Virus record (IMG/VR): IMGVR_UViG_3300047546_000049 | Span: 1 to 29,569 of that record | DNA: 29,569 nt | Strand: one strand, 5' to 3' | Source of the DNA: a virus | Taxonomy: Duplodnaviria > Caudoviricetes | Part shown: one piece after another, positions 1-7,804 of the stretch | Position numbering within the stretch: the first letter of the stretch is position 1 | Layout: the number at the start of each line of letters is the position of its first letter | The notes under the pieces: model-generated | What the model saw: the letters and a program-made list of their open reading frames with translations, nothing else | Databases searched by the model: none | Told to the model about the DNA's origin: nothing | Position numbers and translations under genes: made by a program

Positions 1-59
1 ACGATCTCGGCATAGAACTTCTGATTATCTACATAATGTGGTTTTTTTGTCTTGTCCAT
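1..59 (-). CDS. gp55: Late transcription sigma factor gp55, 5' end only (continues beyond window)
   Basis: Not in ORF track. The minus strand reads GAGG SD (67-70), ATG at 59, then MDKTKKPHYVDNQKFYAEI. HYV(D/N)N..F is the typical gp55 N-terminus, and the position downstream of uvsW matches T4-like gene order. Confidence 0.85.
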   Translation of the reverse strand, partial: MDKTKKPHYVDNQKFYAEI

Positions 60-70
60 CAATTTACCTC

Positions 71-99
71 TTGACAATGGGTTGACAGAGTGCTATAAC
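71..99 (+). promoter_or_regulatory. Sigma70-like promoter pointing antisense to the uvsW operon
   Basis: TTGACA (71-76), 17 nt, TATAAC (94-99) with TG at 91-92. GCTATAAC fits the Caulobacter-type GCTANAWC -10. A second TTGACA lies at 82-87. Confidence 0.45.
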
Positions 100-134
100 A
101 GCAATGTCCGCCATGATATGAATATTTGGATAGG

Positions 135-413
135 TTATACGTTGGTGAGTTGCTTTAGTTTCTTAATCTGCTTATCAATAGTTTCTTTCCTGTTAGGCCA
201 CTTGATCATTGGCTTATCAGAATCCTTCGCTAGGTTCTCTAGCAATGGCAAGAAGATTTTATTTAGAGCCTGAAGCCTCTGTTTCAGATCATCAACTTCT
301 TCAGAAAGTGAGGCATAGTTGGTGTTTGTGCTGACAATCTCTTCCTCATCAGAGAAGGTAAATCCAAAATCATCAGATTCATCTAGATCAAGGTATTTGT
401 TCTTGATGGCCAT
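135..413 (-). CDS. Conserved T4-like phage hypothetical protein (92 aa)
   Basis: DDFGF...PLLENL...WPNR pattern. The start overlaps the upstream stop (TAATG). Lies between uvsW and gp55. Confidence 0.65.
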   Translation of the reverse strand: MAIKNKYLDLDESDDFGFTFSDEEEIVSTNTNYASLSEEVDDLKQRLQALNKIFLPLLENLAKDSDKPMIKWPNRKETIDKQIKKLKQLTNV

Positions 414-826
414 TAGTGTAACTTCCTTTTATCTGTAGTCTTTATTAAATTCTGAATCTCTGAAAGTAGGTCATTCTGCTCTTCGGCCGCATCATCAAAT
501 ACAGTGTTCTTTTCTAACTTTTCTTTTGATCTTGTAAAGTGATCAACGGACTCCCAATAGTAATCTTCCATATCATCGGTAGTCTTGTTCATTGTCAAGA
601 TGTCGGTAGGATATATTATAAAGTCTTGATTTGCACAAATGCGAGAGAACACCCATTGCATAAGAGATACAGTCAGAGAGGCTCTTGCACCACCTATTTG
701 ATAAACAACTTTCATAGGATTGTGAAGAACGTAATGTGTGTTATCATCATTTTGAACTTGAGTGACTTCCGCTATTAAGTCTTCACCTGTGTTTAGACGG
801 ACGAACTGAACGCTTTCTTCAAACAT
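413..826 (-). CDS. Conserved hypothetical protein downstream of uvsW (possible Sm-like fold)
   Basis: VRLNTGEDLIAEV...LHNPMKV N-terminus and acidic C-terminus ending RKLH, typical of the gene following uvsW in T4-like phages. Confidence 0.7.
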   Translation of the reverse strand: MFEESVQFVRLNTGEDLIAEVTQVQNDDNTHYVLHNPMKVVYQIGGARASLTVSLMQWVFSRICANQDFIIYPTDILTMNKTTDDMEDYYWESVDHFTRSKEKLEKNTVFDDAAEEQNDLLSEIQNLIKTTDKRKLH

Positions 827-829
827 TTG

Positions 830-2281
830 TTATCCTTTCAGTTCAATCTTATAGATTTTGAAGGTAAACTTTTCTTCTGCATAAATTTTGATACGTTCTG
901 CAAAATGCTTTAACGTGTAATTGTCACGCTTTTTGTGACGCAGGTCATCTGCAATATCGAAGAGTGTTGCTGAGTCTTTACTTTCAGACTTTCGCAGGCC
1001 TCTACCGATTGACTGGAGGTTTCGGACTCTAGATTTAGACGGTGAAGCAAAAATAATATTGTGCAGATTCCTAATGTTGATCCCAGTAGAAAAAGTACCA
1101 AACGATGCGACAATTATAGCATCCTTCTCTTGTTCAACGATGTGTCTGATTTCTTCGCGAGCATCACCATCAACCTCACCAGATACGAAGAAGACCTTTC
1201 GGCCGTTAGCTTTCTTATTTATCATCTCATGGAGGATGCGACCATGCTTGTCAACGTATTGATAGAGTACCAGTGTATTACCATCAAGAGACAGGGCAAG
1301 ATTAGATATGAAGTTGTTTCTAGCTTCATTCAGAACCAAGTATTCAATCTCTTGCTGATAGGTAGAAGTTTTGAGAGCCTGACAAACAGAATCAGGATGT
1401 TTCAGAAGCAAACACTTGATAAGAAAGTCTGCGACATGACCTTCATCCATAAGTTCTTTTGTTGTGGTTACTTTACGAACAGGGCCAAATAGACCTTCAA
1501 GAACTAACTTATGGGTCTTGGTACCGTCAAGAGTACCAGTTGTACCTATACGATACTTAGCATTCACAAGTCCAGTCATAATCTCAGCAAGAGACTTGGC
1601 CTTGAACAGATGAGCTTCATCTCCTATGATGACATCAAATTGTCTGAAATAGTCTTTAGGTAATGTATATAAGCTTTGCCAAGTCGAGATGGTGATAGGC
1701 TTGTCTGTATGTTTATCTTGCCCTCCAAATATACGATGAACGTTAGCATCAGAGTCGAAACCATAATCACGAAAGTCACCGGCAAGCTGACTAACAAGAG
1801 AAATAGTTGGCACAATAATAAGAGTTTTCTTAGCATTGATATACCTCATAATCATGTAGATAATAAGAGACTTACCAGAAGCGGTTGGTGAAAGAAGCAA
1901 GGTGCGACGAGAACGAATAGCATGAACAAAGGCTTCAATTTGATAGTCTCTAACCTCAAATGGAAGCCCTAGTGTTTTAATGAACTCTTGCGCCTCGGCT
2001 ACCGAGAACTCTTCATCATATATCTCATTGTCATATTCCCATTCATAACCGTATTCTTCACAGAACTTGACAATGTATGGAACAAGACCACGATATATCT
2101 GTCGTGTTCTGGTATCAAACAGTCTTATCTTTCCATCCCAAAGACGAGCTTTATATTGAGGTGTGAATTGATATCCTGGTACCTGAAATGTAAAGTATTC
2201 ACGAAGCTCTAAAGAGATACCTTCATGACAATTCAGAACTACATACACTTCGTCTTTATTGTGTATAGTAACTTTATCCAC
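830..2281 (-). CDS. uvsW: UvsW SF2 DNA helicase
   Basis: WDGKIRLF, RDYQ (Q motif), SPTASGKS (Walker A), DEAH, TGT, FSTGINI, LQSIGRGLR. The real start is probably the GTG at 2281 overlapping the uvsY stop, not 2305. Confidence 0.96.
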   Translation of the reverse strand: MDKVTIHNKDEVYVVLNCHEGISLELREYFTFQVPGYQFTPQYKARLWDGKIRLFDTRTRQIYRGLVPYIVKFCEEYGYEWEYDNEIYDEEFSVAEAQEFIKTLGLPFEVRDYQIEAFVHAIRSRRTLLLSPTASGKSLIIYMIMRYINAKKTLIIVPTISLVSQLAGDFRDYGFDSDANVHRIFGGQDKHTDKPITISTWQSLYTLPKDYFRQFDVIIGDEAHLFKAKSLAEIMTGLVNAKYRIGTTGTLDGTKTHKLVLEGLFGPVRKVTTTKELMDEGHVADFLIKCLLLKHPDSVCQALKTSTYQQEIEYLVLNEARNNFISNLALSLDGNTLVLYQYVDKHGRILHEMINKKANGRKVFFVSGEVDGDAREEIRHIVEQEKDAIIVASFGTFSTGINIRNLHNIIFASPSKSRVRNLQSIGRGLRKSESKDSATLFDIADDLRHKKRDNYTLKHFAERIKIYAEEKFTFKIYKIELKG

Positions 2282-2723
2282 CACTTGTAAACCGTTCCCA
2301 ATCAATCAATGATTTCATCTGCCATGTTCTGTTGTTTAACTCTTTCAAAACTGAACCACAGAAGTCAACAACCTCTTGATGAACAGTCTTCTTCATAAGA
2401 ATGTTGTTCAGATCATTGTCAGAGTCTAGGTATGTAGGTATGTCCTGACGAAGCACTTTCTTCATCATAGGTTCAAGGTTATATTGAGCAAGGTCTTCTA
2501 GATTGTTGAGATCACCACAGTAATATTCCCACTTAATCTTCTTGAGCTTCTGATAGTCAGACATAAGCTTCTTACAGATCAGATTGTGATGGGTGAGTAT
2601 GCGAAGATACTTAGAATGCAAAGAAGAAATCTTGGCCATCTCACGGCCAGGTTCAGTCTCATCTACCTTCGAATCTTTCGACCATTCTTCCATAAGGTCA
2701 TCAATGTTGACAGGCGGCTTCAT
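2274..2723 (-). CDS. uvsY: UvsY recombination mediator
   Basis: W..DS.ID....E...I..LHSKYL, KWEYY.G and C-terminal IDWERFTSGG; directly upstream of uvsW; GGAG SD. Confidence 0.92.
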   Translation of the reverse strand: MKPPVNIDDLMEEWSKDSKVDETEPGREMAKISSLHSKYLRILTHHNLICKKLMSDYQKLKKIKWEYYCGDLNNLEDLAQYNLEPMMKKVLRQDIPTYLDSDNDLNNILMKKTVHQEVVDFCGSVLKELNNRTWQMKSLIDWERFTSGG

Positions 2724-2738
2724 AACAACTCCATAAAC

Positions 2739-2765
2739 AAAAAATGTATCCTACTATAGAGGATA
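2739..2765 (-). terminator. Weak intrinsic terminator after gp3
   Basis: Minus strand TATCCT-ctatagt-AGGATA followed by caTTTTTT. The stem is AT-rich, hence weak. Confidence 0.45.
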
Positions 2766-2781
2766 ATTTAGTTCCTGGCAA
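2753..2781 (-). promoter_or_regulatory. Sigma70-like (early/middle) promoter for uvsY-uvsW
   Basis: Minus strand TTGCCA (2781-2776), 17 nt, TATAGT (2758-2753), about 30 nt upstream of the uvsY ATG. Confidence 0.65.
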
Positions 2782-2784
2782 CCA

Positions 2785-3303
2785 TCAAAGACGTTCAAAC
2801 TCAAAATAATCGTATCTGAAAGTTATATCGGCCGTGAGAATGGTGTCTGCGGTTTCTGATACACTGAAACGAACAGCACCCAAAGATGTTGGATGACAGT
2901 TATGAAACTTTATACGAACGTTTGGTATGTTAGCATTTGTATTGATAGTTAGAATAGCATCATGATAGATTTCACCATTATTTGCTTTACCTTTGATATA
3001 GTCTGCATACTCTGTAGGTCTAGTCAGACCTTTAAGCCATTTATATGTTTCTTCCCATACCATCATCTCTTCATCAATTATAGCGTTGATAGAAAAGTCT
3101 TCATATGAGAGAGATGTGCCGTGTCTAAAAGATGTTGTAAAAGGAGTTGGAACTCCGATTGCAGTTGTTGAGACACCAGGTATAGAAACATTCTGGCAGA
3201 AGTATCTTGCAAACGGAAGATTAGGAAACACGAAAGTAAACTTATTAGCCTGAAGCATACTTGTGTTTGTTGGTATTGTAGTTAATGCACTCTGATTAGA
3301 CAT
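2785..3303 (-). CDS. gp3: gp3-like tail completion / tube terminator protein
   Basis: N.LQ.NKF.F...P...YFCQ.VSIPG, IIDEEM..WEE.YKW, F.NC.PTSLG...F, TFRY motifs; position between gp23 and uvsY. Confidence 0.85.
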   Translation of the reverse strand: MSNQSALTTIPTNTSMLQANKFTFVFPNLPFARYFCQNVSIPGVSTTAIGVPTPFTTSFRHGTSLSYEDFSINAIIDEEMMVWEETYKWLKGLTRPTEYADYIKGKANNGEIYHDAILTINTNANIPNVRIKFHNCHPTSLGAVRFSVSETADTILTADITFRYDYFEFERL

Positions 3304-3323
3304 CCGCCATCTCCTTTATCAGG

Positions 3324-3330
3324 TATTTAG
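3324..3330 (-). promoter_or_regulatory. Late promoter variant CTAAATA upstream of gp3
   Basis: Variant of the T4 late consensus TATAAATA, just after the gp23 terminator and upstream of the AAGGAG SD. Confidence 0.55.
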
Positions 3331-3332
3331 AC

Positions 3333-3361
3333 AAAAAAAGGGGCGAAGTTTCCCTCGCCCC
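3333..3361 (-). terminator. Rho-independent terminator after major capsid gene
   Basis: Minus strand GGGGCGAGG-GAAA-CTTCGCCCC hairpin followed by TTTTTTT. Confidence 0.92.
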
Positions 3362-3387
3362 AGTTTCTTTCCGATTTCTTACTTCTA

Positions 3388-4725
3388 TTAGGTAAGATTG
3401 CGGATGCGGAAGATGCGGTAGTAGATGTTGCCCTGACCTGAAGTATTGCGGTCACCAACAACGCCGTCACCGTTAGCTGTAGCGAATGGGTTTGCAACCA
3501 TGCCATAGCGTGTCTTGAAGCCAATCTTTGGCTGGAATGTATCCTGGCCAATGGCACGAACCATCTGGAGTGGAACGTATGGGCAATAGAACAGACCAGC
3601 GTCATAAGGAGATGTACCCTTATAGCCGACGGTGCAGAGTTCGTCGCCATTTGAAGAACCACCGAAGTATGGATCAATGTAAACCTTGATGCGGCCATGC
3701 AGCAGACCAGCGAAGGTGTTGCCTGTGTCATCAACGTTCAGGTTAGCCTGAAGAGCTGGAGTGTAGTCGAGAACACCAGCCATTGCAAGAGCAGATGCAA
3801 CGTCTGAAGAAACGATGAGGGTGTTACCCTTACCGCGACGAGTTGCACGGGCGATTGCGTTAGCTTCGCGTTCGATCTGGAATACAAGACCCTTAAACTT
3901 TTCAACTGACCAACGACCGTTTGAGTCTGTGTCAAGGTCGAAAGTACCAGCAGTTGTAACACCATACTGAGCGCCAGCTGTAGCTGAACGATAGATTGTG
4001 CGAACAACTTCACGGTTGATTTCAGCAAGAATTTCTGTTGACAGAATGTTTGCAAGTTCTGTCTCAGCGTCAAGACCATGAACAGCCTTGAGGTCCTGAG
4101 CCAGTTCCATTGTGTATTCTGCCTTCAGAGCGCGTGACTTAGCTGTAACTGTAACCTTGTCGATTGAGAAGGCCATTTCAGCGAAGGCATTGCCTGAAGT
4201 ACCATCGCCGAGAGCTTCAGCAACAGCAGTTGTCATACCTGAGTTAACGCCGTAGGTATCTGAAGTACCAAGAGCGAATACTGGGTTTGTATTAGCATAG
4301 TTACCAGATGTGTTACCACCTGTACCACCAGCGTTTGTACCAGAGAAGGCAGTGTTAGCTTCGTTGAAGAGAGCTTCTGTGCCGTTCTGTGTCTTATAAC
4401 GTGAACGCATTGCGAAGATCAGACCTGTTGGGCCTGACATTGGCTGAACGCCGCAGATGTCATAGGCGATCAGGTTTGGAAGCGCACGGCGTACCAGTGA
4501 GATAAGGATTGGATCGTAACCCTGAACGTATGAGCCAGCTGAACCGAAACCTGAGTTTGTTGGAGCTGATTCATTAAGAACGCGAGATTCTTCAGCCATT
4601 GCCTTTTCTTGGTTCTCAAGAACCATTGCAGTAACAGCACGACGATATGCGTCCTTGATCTTTGGAAGACCTTCGTGGTCGAGAACTGGTGACCACTTGC
4701 TTTCTAGTTGTTCTGTAAGATACAT
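3388..4725 (-). CDS. gp23: Major capsid protein gp23
   Basis: KWSPVLDH, DPILISLVRRA.PNLIAYDICGVQPM.GPTGLIFAMRSRY, SRALKAEYTMELAQDLKAVHGLDAE.ELANILS.EI, FYCPYVPL, FQPKIGFKTRYG. Confidence 0.99.
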   Translation of the reverse strand: MYLTEQLESKWSPVLDHEGLPKIKDAYRRAVTAMVLENQEKAMAEESRVLNESAPTNSGFGSAGSYVQGYDPILISLVRRALPNLIAYDICGVQPMSGPTGLIFAMRSRYKTQNGTEALFNEANTAFSGTNAGGTGGNTSGNYANTNPVFALGTSDTYGVNSGMTTAVAEALGDGTSGNAFAEMAFSIDKVTVTAKSRALKAEYTMELAQDLKAVHGLDAETELANILSTEILAEINREVVRTIYRSATAGAQYGVTTAGTFDLDTDSNGRWSVEKFKGLVFQIEREANAIARATRRGKGNTLIVSSDVASALAMAGVLDYTPALQANLNVDDTGNTFAGLLHGRIKVYIDPYFGGSSNGDELCTVGYKGTSPYDAGLFYCPYVPLQMVRAIGQDTFQPKIGFKTRYGMVANPFATANGDGVVGDRNTSGQGNIYYRIFRIRNLT

Positions 4726-4760
4726 TTTGTATTTCTCCTTTGAAATCTTACTTGTATTAC

Positions 4761-4767
4761 TATTTAG
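4761..4767 (-). promoter_or_regulatory. Late promoter variant CTAAATA upstream of gp23
   Basis: In the gp22-gp23 gap, upstream of the AAGGAG SD. Confidence 0.65.
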
Positions 4768-4776
4768 TAATTCCTA

Positions 4777-6048
4777 TTAATTAGGAAGTTTTCTACCGAG
4801 AGTCTTTGTGTAAATGGCCATGCGGCTGTTTTCTTCAGCAATCATACCTTTACCATCATCTGTTGATTCAGCCTTATCAAGAACCTGGTCATTACTGACA
4901 GGTGCATTGAAATAGCTTTCTCTCAGAATATTGATTTTCTGTGCATATTCGTCAGCAGATGTGAACTCAATGCCTTCAGAAAGTGACTTTAGCTTTTCAG
5001 CCTGAGTTGCTGTGAGACCTTCGCAAGCATTTGAAAGAACTTCAACTTGCTTTGACTCATTGAGAACCTTGTTCAACTGAACGTTGCGGTCGATTTCTTC
5101 ATTGAGCTTTGCTTCGAGTTCAGCAACTTTAGCACCCATTTCTTCTACTACAGAAACTTTATCTTCTGGAATGTCGATATAGTGTTCTGCAAAGAGGTTA
5201 CGGAGACCTGAAATAAATTCTTCTGTAAGTTCTGTACGAAGACCAGCTTCAACAGCAACTTCATTTTCCTGTACCCACTGTTCAACAACGTAGTTGAGAT
5301 AATCATCAACGTTTGATGAAAGTTCTTCCTGAATCTGACCAATCTGCTCTTCAAGAGTTTCAGCATAAGCTTCTTCGATTGTCTTGATTTCAGCCTGAAG
5401 TCTTTCTGTGACAGCAGCTTCAAAAATTGTCTTAGCCTTGTTCTTGAACTCTTCTGACAATTCTTCGCCAGCAAAGAGAGCTTCAATAGCTTCTGACATA
5501 TCAATTTGGAACTGTGGTTCTTCTTCGACAACTTCTTCACCAAGATAGTCACCAAAATAGTGAGCAACAGCTTCAGCGATTGTGTCTTCGTCATGGCCTT
5601 CGGCTACAAGCTGCTCAATGTAAGCTTCAATCTGTTCTTCGATTGTAGCCTCAGCAACTACTTCACCTTCAACTTCAGCGTCTTCTTCCATTACTTCCTT
5701 AGGTGAGTTTGCACCTGGGTTGGCAAATGGCTTTGCATCACCGCCTGAGTTAGCACCCTTGATTGTTGTGTCTTTCTTTTGACCACCTGAAGCAGCGGCG
5801 CCAACATTGTCGCCTTCACCTGGGGCCTTAGGAGCATCCGCTATAGTCTGGAAACCAGTCTTAGCAGGCATTGCACCTGGATTTGAAAATGGAGCTTCTG
5901 CACCCTTTGAATTTGGGCGTAGAGTTGCTCTGTTTGGATTCATAGCTTGAGCATCGCGGTCTGGGCTACCAGCGCCCATTGGATCAACAGAAGGATATGC
6001 ACCTTCTGAAATGATCTGCTTTGCTACTTCTGTAAGTGACTTACCCAT
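4777..6048 (-). CDS. gp22: Prohead core scaffold gp22
   Basis: Acidic coiled-coil; LSEEFK.KA.TIFEAAV, VDDYLNYVVEQW..EN..A.E.GLR.E..EEFI.GL..LF.EHYIDIPEDK; lies between gp21 and gp23. Confidence 0.95.
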   Translation of the reverse strand: MGKSLTEVAKQIISEGAYPSVDPMGAGSPDRDAQAMNPNRATLRPNSKGAEAPFSNPGAMPAKTGFQTIADAPKAPGEGDNVGAAASGGQKKDTTIKGANSGGDAKPFANPGANSPKEVMEEDAEVEGEVVAEATIEEQIEAYIEQLVAEGHDEDTIAEAVAHYFGDYLGEEVVEEEPQFQIDMSEAIEALFAGEELSEEFKNKAKTIFEAAVTERLQAEIKTIEEAYAETLEEQIGQIQEELSSNVDDYLNYVVEQWVQENEVAVEAGLRTELTEEFISGLRNLFAEHYIDIPEDKVSVVEEMGAKVAELEAKLNEEIDRNVQLNKVLNESKQVEVLSNACEGLTATQAEKLKSLSEGIEFTSADEYAQKINILRESYFNAPVSNDQVLDKAESTDDGKGMIAEENSRMAIYTKTLGRKLPN

Positions 6049-6074
6049 TATGGACTACTCCTTTTGTCTTTATA

Positions 6075-6082
6075 TATTTATA
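6075..6082 (-). promoter_or_regulatory. T4 late promoter TATAAATA upstream of gp22
   Basis: Exact consensus in the intergenic gap. Confidence 0.8.
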
Positions 6083-6086
6083 TTAC

Positions 6087-6731
6087 TTAAAGTTTTGAGA
6101 TGAAGTTTGAAAATACTTTCAACGCAACATCTTCAATTTCGTTCCTACTAGCTTCTTTAATCAATTTCTTCGCTCTGTAGTAATCGACTTCTTTCCAACC
6201 TGTACCATCAAGAATCCATTCCTTACCTTCCATGATACCTCTTACGAAAGCATCTGGAGCTGATGGGTCCGCTACAATGTCTGCCGCTGTAGCGAGGTGG
6301 AAATCGTCTTGAACAAGTTGATAACCGTTGTGTGGACGAAGAGACCCTACGCCTCTCGTTGACACACCTAAGCTTGCTCCTCCGTCTAGTAGGCTTTTCA
6401 CGATCTTGCCATTTGGAGTATCCAGAATTTTGGCCTTACCAATGATATTGGTGCCATCTGGGTGAAGACTTGTAATCATGTGTGATACACGATCCAAGTT
6501 GATAGTCGGAGAGTCAGGATGACCTAGCTCACCGAAAGCTCTGTTCTTGTTTACATATTCAGTGTTGTAGCGATTGACCTCTTTGAAAAGAACGTCTCTT
6601 GGATAAACACGACCATTACGGTTCTTCTTTTCAGCTTGCATAAAGATGCCACTGATATAGTGTTCTTTCTTACCGTTCTTCTCTTCAACGAGATACTTTA
6701 CATCTACTACTTCTTCTGCAATAAGTTTCAT
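6087..6731 (-). CDS. gp21: Prohead protease gp21
   Basis: GIFMQAE.KNRNGRVYP, GELGHP (catalytic His), GVSTRGVGS (catalytic Ser region), ADIVADPSAPDAFV.GIME. Confidence 0.97.
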   Translation of the reverse strand: MKLIAEEVVDVKYLVEEKNGKKEHYISGIFMQAEKKNRNGRVYPRDVLFKEVNRYNTEYVNKNRAFGELGHPDSPTINLDRVSHMITSLHPDGTNIIGKAKILDTPNGKIVKSLLDGGASLGVSTRGVGSLRPHNGYQLVQDDFHLATAADIVADPSAPDAFVRGIMEGKEWILDGTGWKEVDYYRAKKLIKEASRNEIEDVALKVFSNFISKL

Positions 6732-6733
6732 TG

Positions 6734-7300
6734 TTAGATTCCTAATCTTTTTCTTTTCATTAGAGACATTCTACGCTTACGAAGCATCTGTGTCTTCTTT
6801 GTTTTTGATTTTCTTGCAGCTTTCTTTGCACCTAGTTTACGGCGTCTGCGTTCTGAAGCTGACATGCGAGTAAGCTGACCACCGCGCATTGTAAAACCAG
6901 GAACATTTGAAACTTTTTTACGGCGCTGGATCTTACCACCGCGAATACGGGCCTTGACAATAGCTATACGAGCTTCTTGTAATTCTTCTTCTTTCACACA
7001 ATTAGGTACCATACGGTCACCTTTTTTCTTCATACCTTCTTGTCTATAACCAGACCAGCATTCTGGTACTTCTTGTTCTGTTGACTGAGTAACTTTTGGT
7101 TCTTCAGCTTTATCTTCAAGAACATCCATACGAAGTCTGCGCTGACGTTCGGTTTGAGCATACATGTTGCCAGACATATCAGCGGCCACACGCTTTTTCG
7201 ATTCGTGTAGCTTTGACGCTACAATGTTACCAAGTTCTTCTTTCAGAATTTCGTCTGCTATTCCATATAGTTTATGTGTGATAGCTTCAACTAAATTCAT
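6734..7300 (-). CDS. gp68: Prohead core protein, gp68-like, with an inserted CW.GY...VPNC module
   Basis: Very basic C-terminus (RRRRKLGAKKAARK...LRKRRMSLMKRKRLGI) immediately upstream of gp21, as for T4 gp68. Confidence 0.7.
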   Translation of the reverse strand: MNLVEAITHKLYGIADEILKEELGNIVASKLHESKKRVAADMSGNMYAQTERQRRLRMDVLEDKAEEPKVTQSTEQEVPECWSGYRQEGMKKKGDRMVPNCVKEEELQEARIAIVKARIRGGKIQRRKKVSNVPGFTMRGGQLTRMSASERRRRKLGAKKAARKSKTKKTQMLRKRRMSLMKRKRLGI

Positions 7301-7803
7301 CCGAACACCGCTGGGCCCTTGTTAAATGCTACAGGATCAGCAGTCTGACCTGAGTCATAGTCTCTACCATCCTTACGAAGGTCGATGAATAATGTGAGTG
7401 CATCGGCTGATGATGGTGTGACTACTGTTATAAGAATGTTTCCGTTTGATGTGCCTGTATCATTGTTACCAATTGTAGCACCATCACCCATGCTTTGGAA
7501 ATCATAATCGAAGCTACCTGTATTGATTGTAATGATATCAGCAGTGTTTGCGCCTTGCCATAGAATCTTGAAGTATGCGTTAGCTTTTGCTGTACCAAAG
7601 ATTCTCTTGATGGTTGTTCTATATGTTGATCTGATATTAGCATTTGCAGCCATAACTTGACTGTTTGTGTTGAGTGCAAATCTCAACTGTGATGCGTCAA
7701 CCAACATAGTATTGGCGGTTGCAGTATCAAGAGTGGCCACATATTTGATCAGGGCTCTCTTATTGTTATCAATGATCTTCTGTTCTTTAATTACGTTAGC
7801 CAT
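7297..7803 (-). CDS. Conserved hypothetical head-region protein (168 aa, beta-rich)
   Basis: Closely packed with its neighbours in the prohead cluster; alternating hydrophobic strands; function not recognised. Confidence 0.65.
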   Translation of the reverse strand: MANVIKEQKIIDNNKRALIKYVATLDTATANTMLVDASQLRFALNTNSQVMAANANIRSTYRTTIKRIFGTAKANAYFKILWQGANTADIITINTGSFDYDFQSMGDGATIGNNDTGTSNGNILITVVTPSSADALTLFIDLRKDGRDYDSGQTADPVAFNKGPAVFG

Positions 7804-7804
7804 C

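Noticed and set aside
52-273. 73-aa plus-strand hydrophobic ORF
   Set aside because: TTG start; it overlaps the gp55 start and the 92-aa gene in antisense and begins upstream of the putative promoter, so it is most likely a shadow ORF.
3304-3387. Absence of gp24/hoc after gp23
   Set aside because: This is normal for non-enteric T4-like phages; the genes could also lie elsewhere.
3327-5594. Alternative-frame ORFs inside gp23 and gp22 (135, 113, 148 aa)
   Set aside because: They have no SD or recognisable motifs and are expected from codon bias in highly expressed genes.
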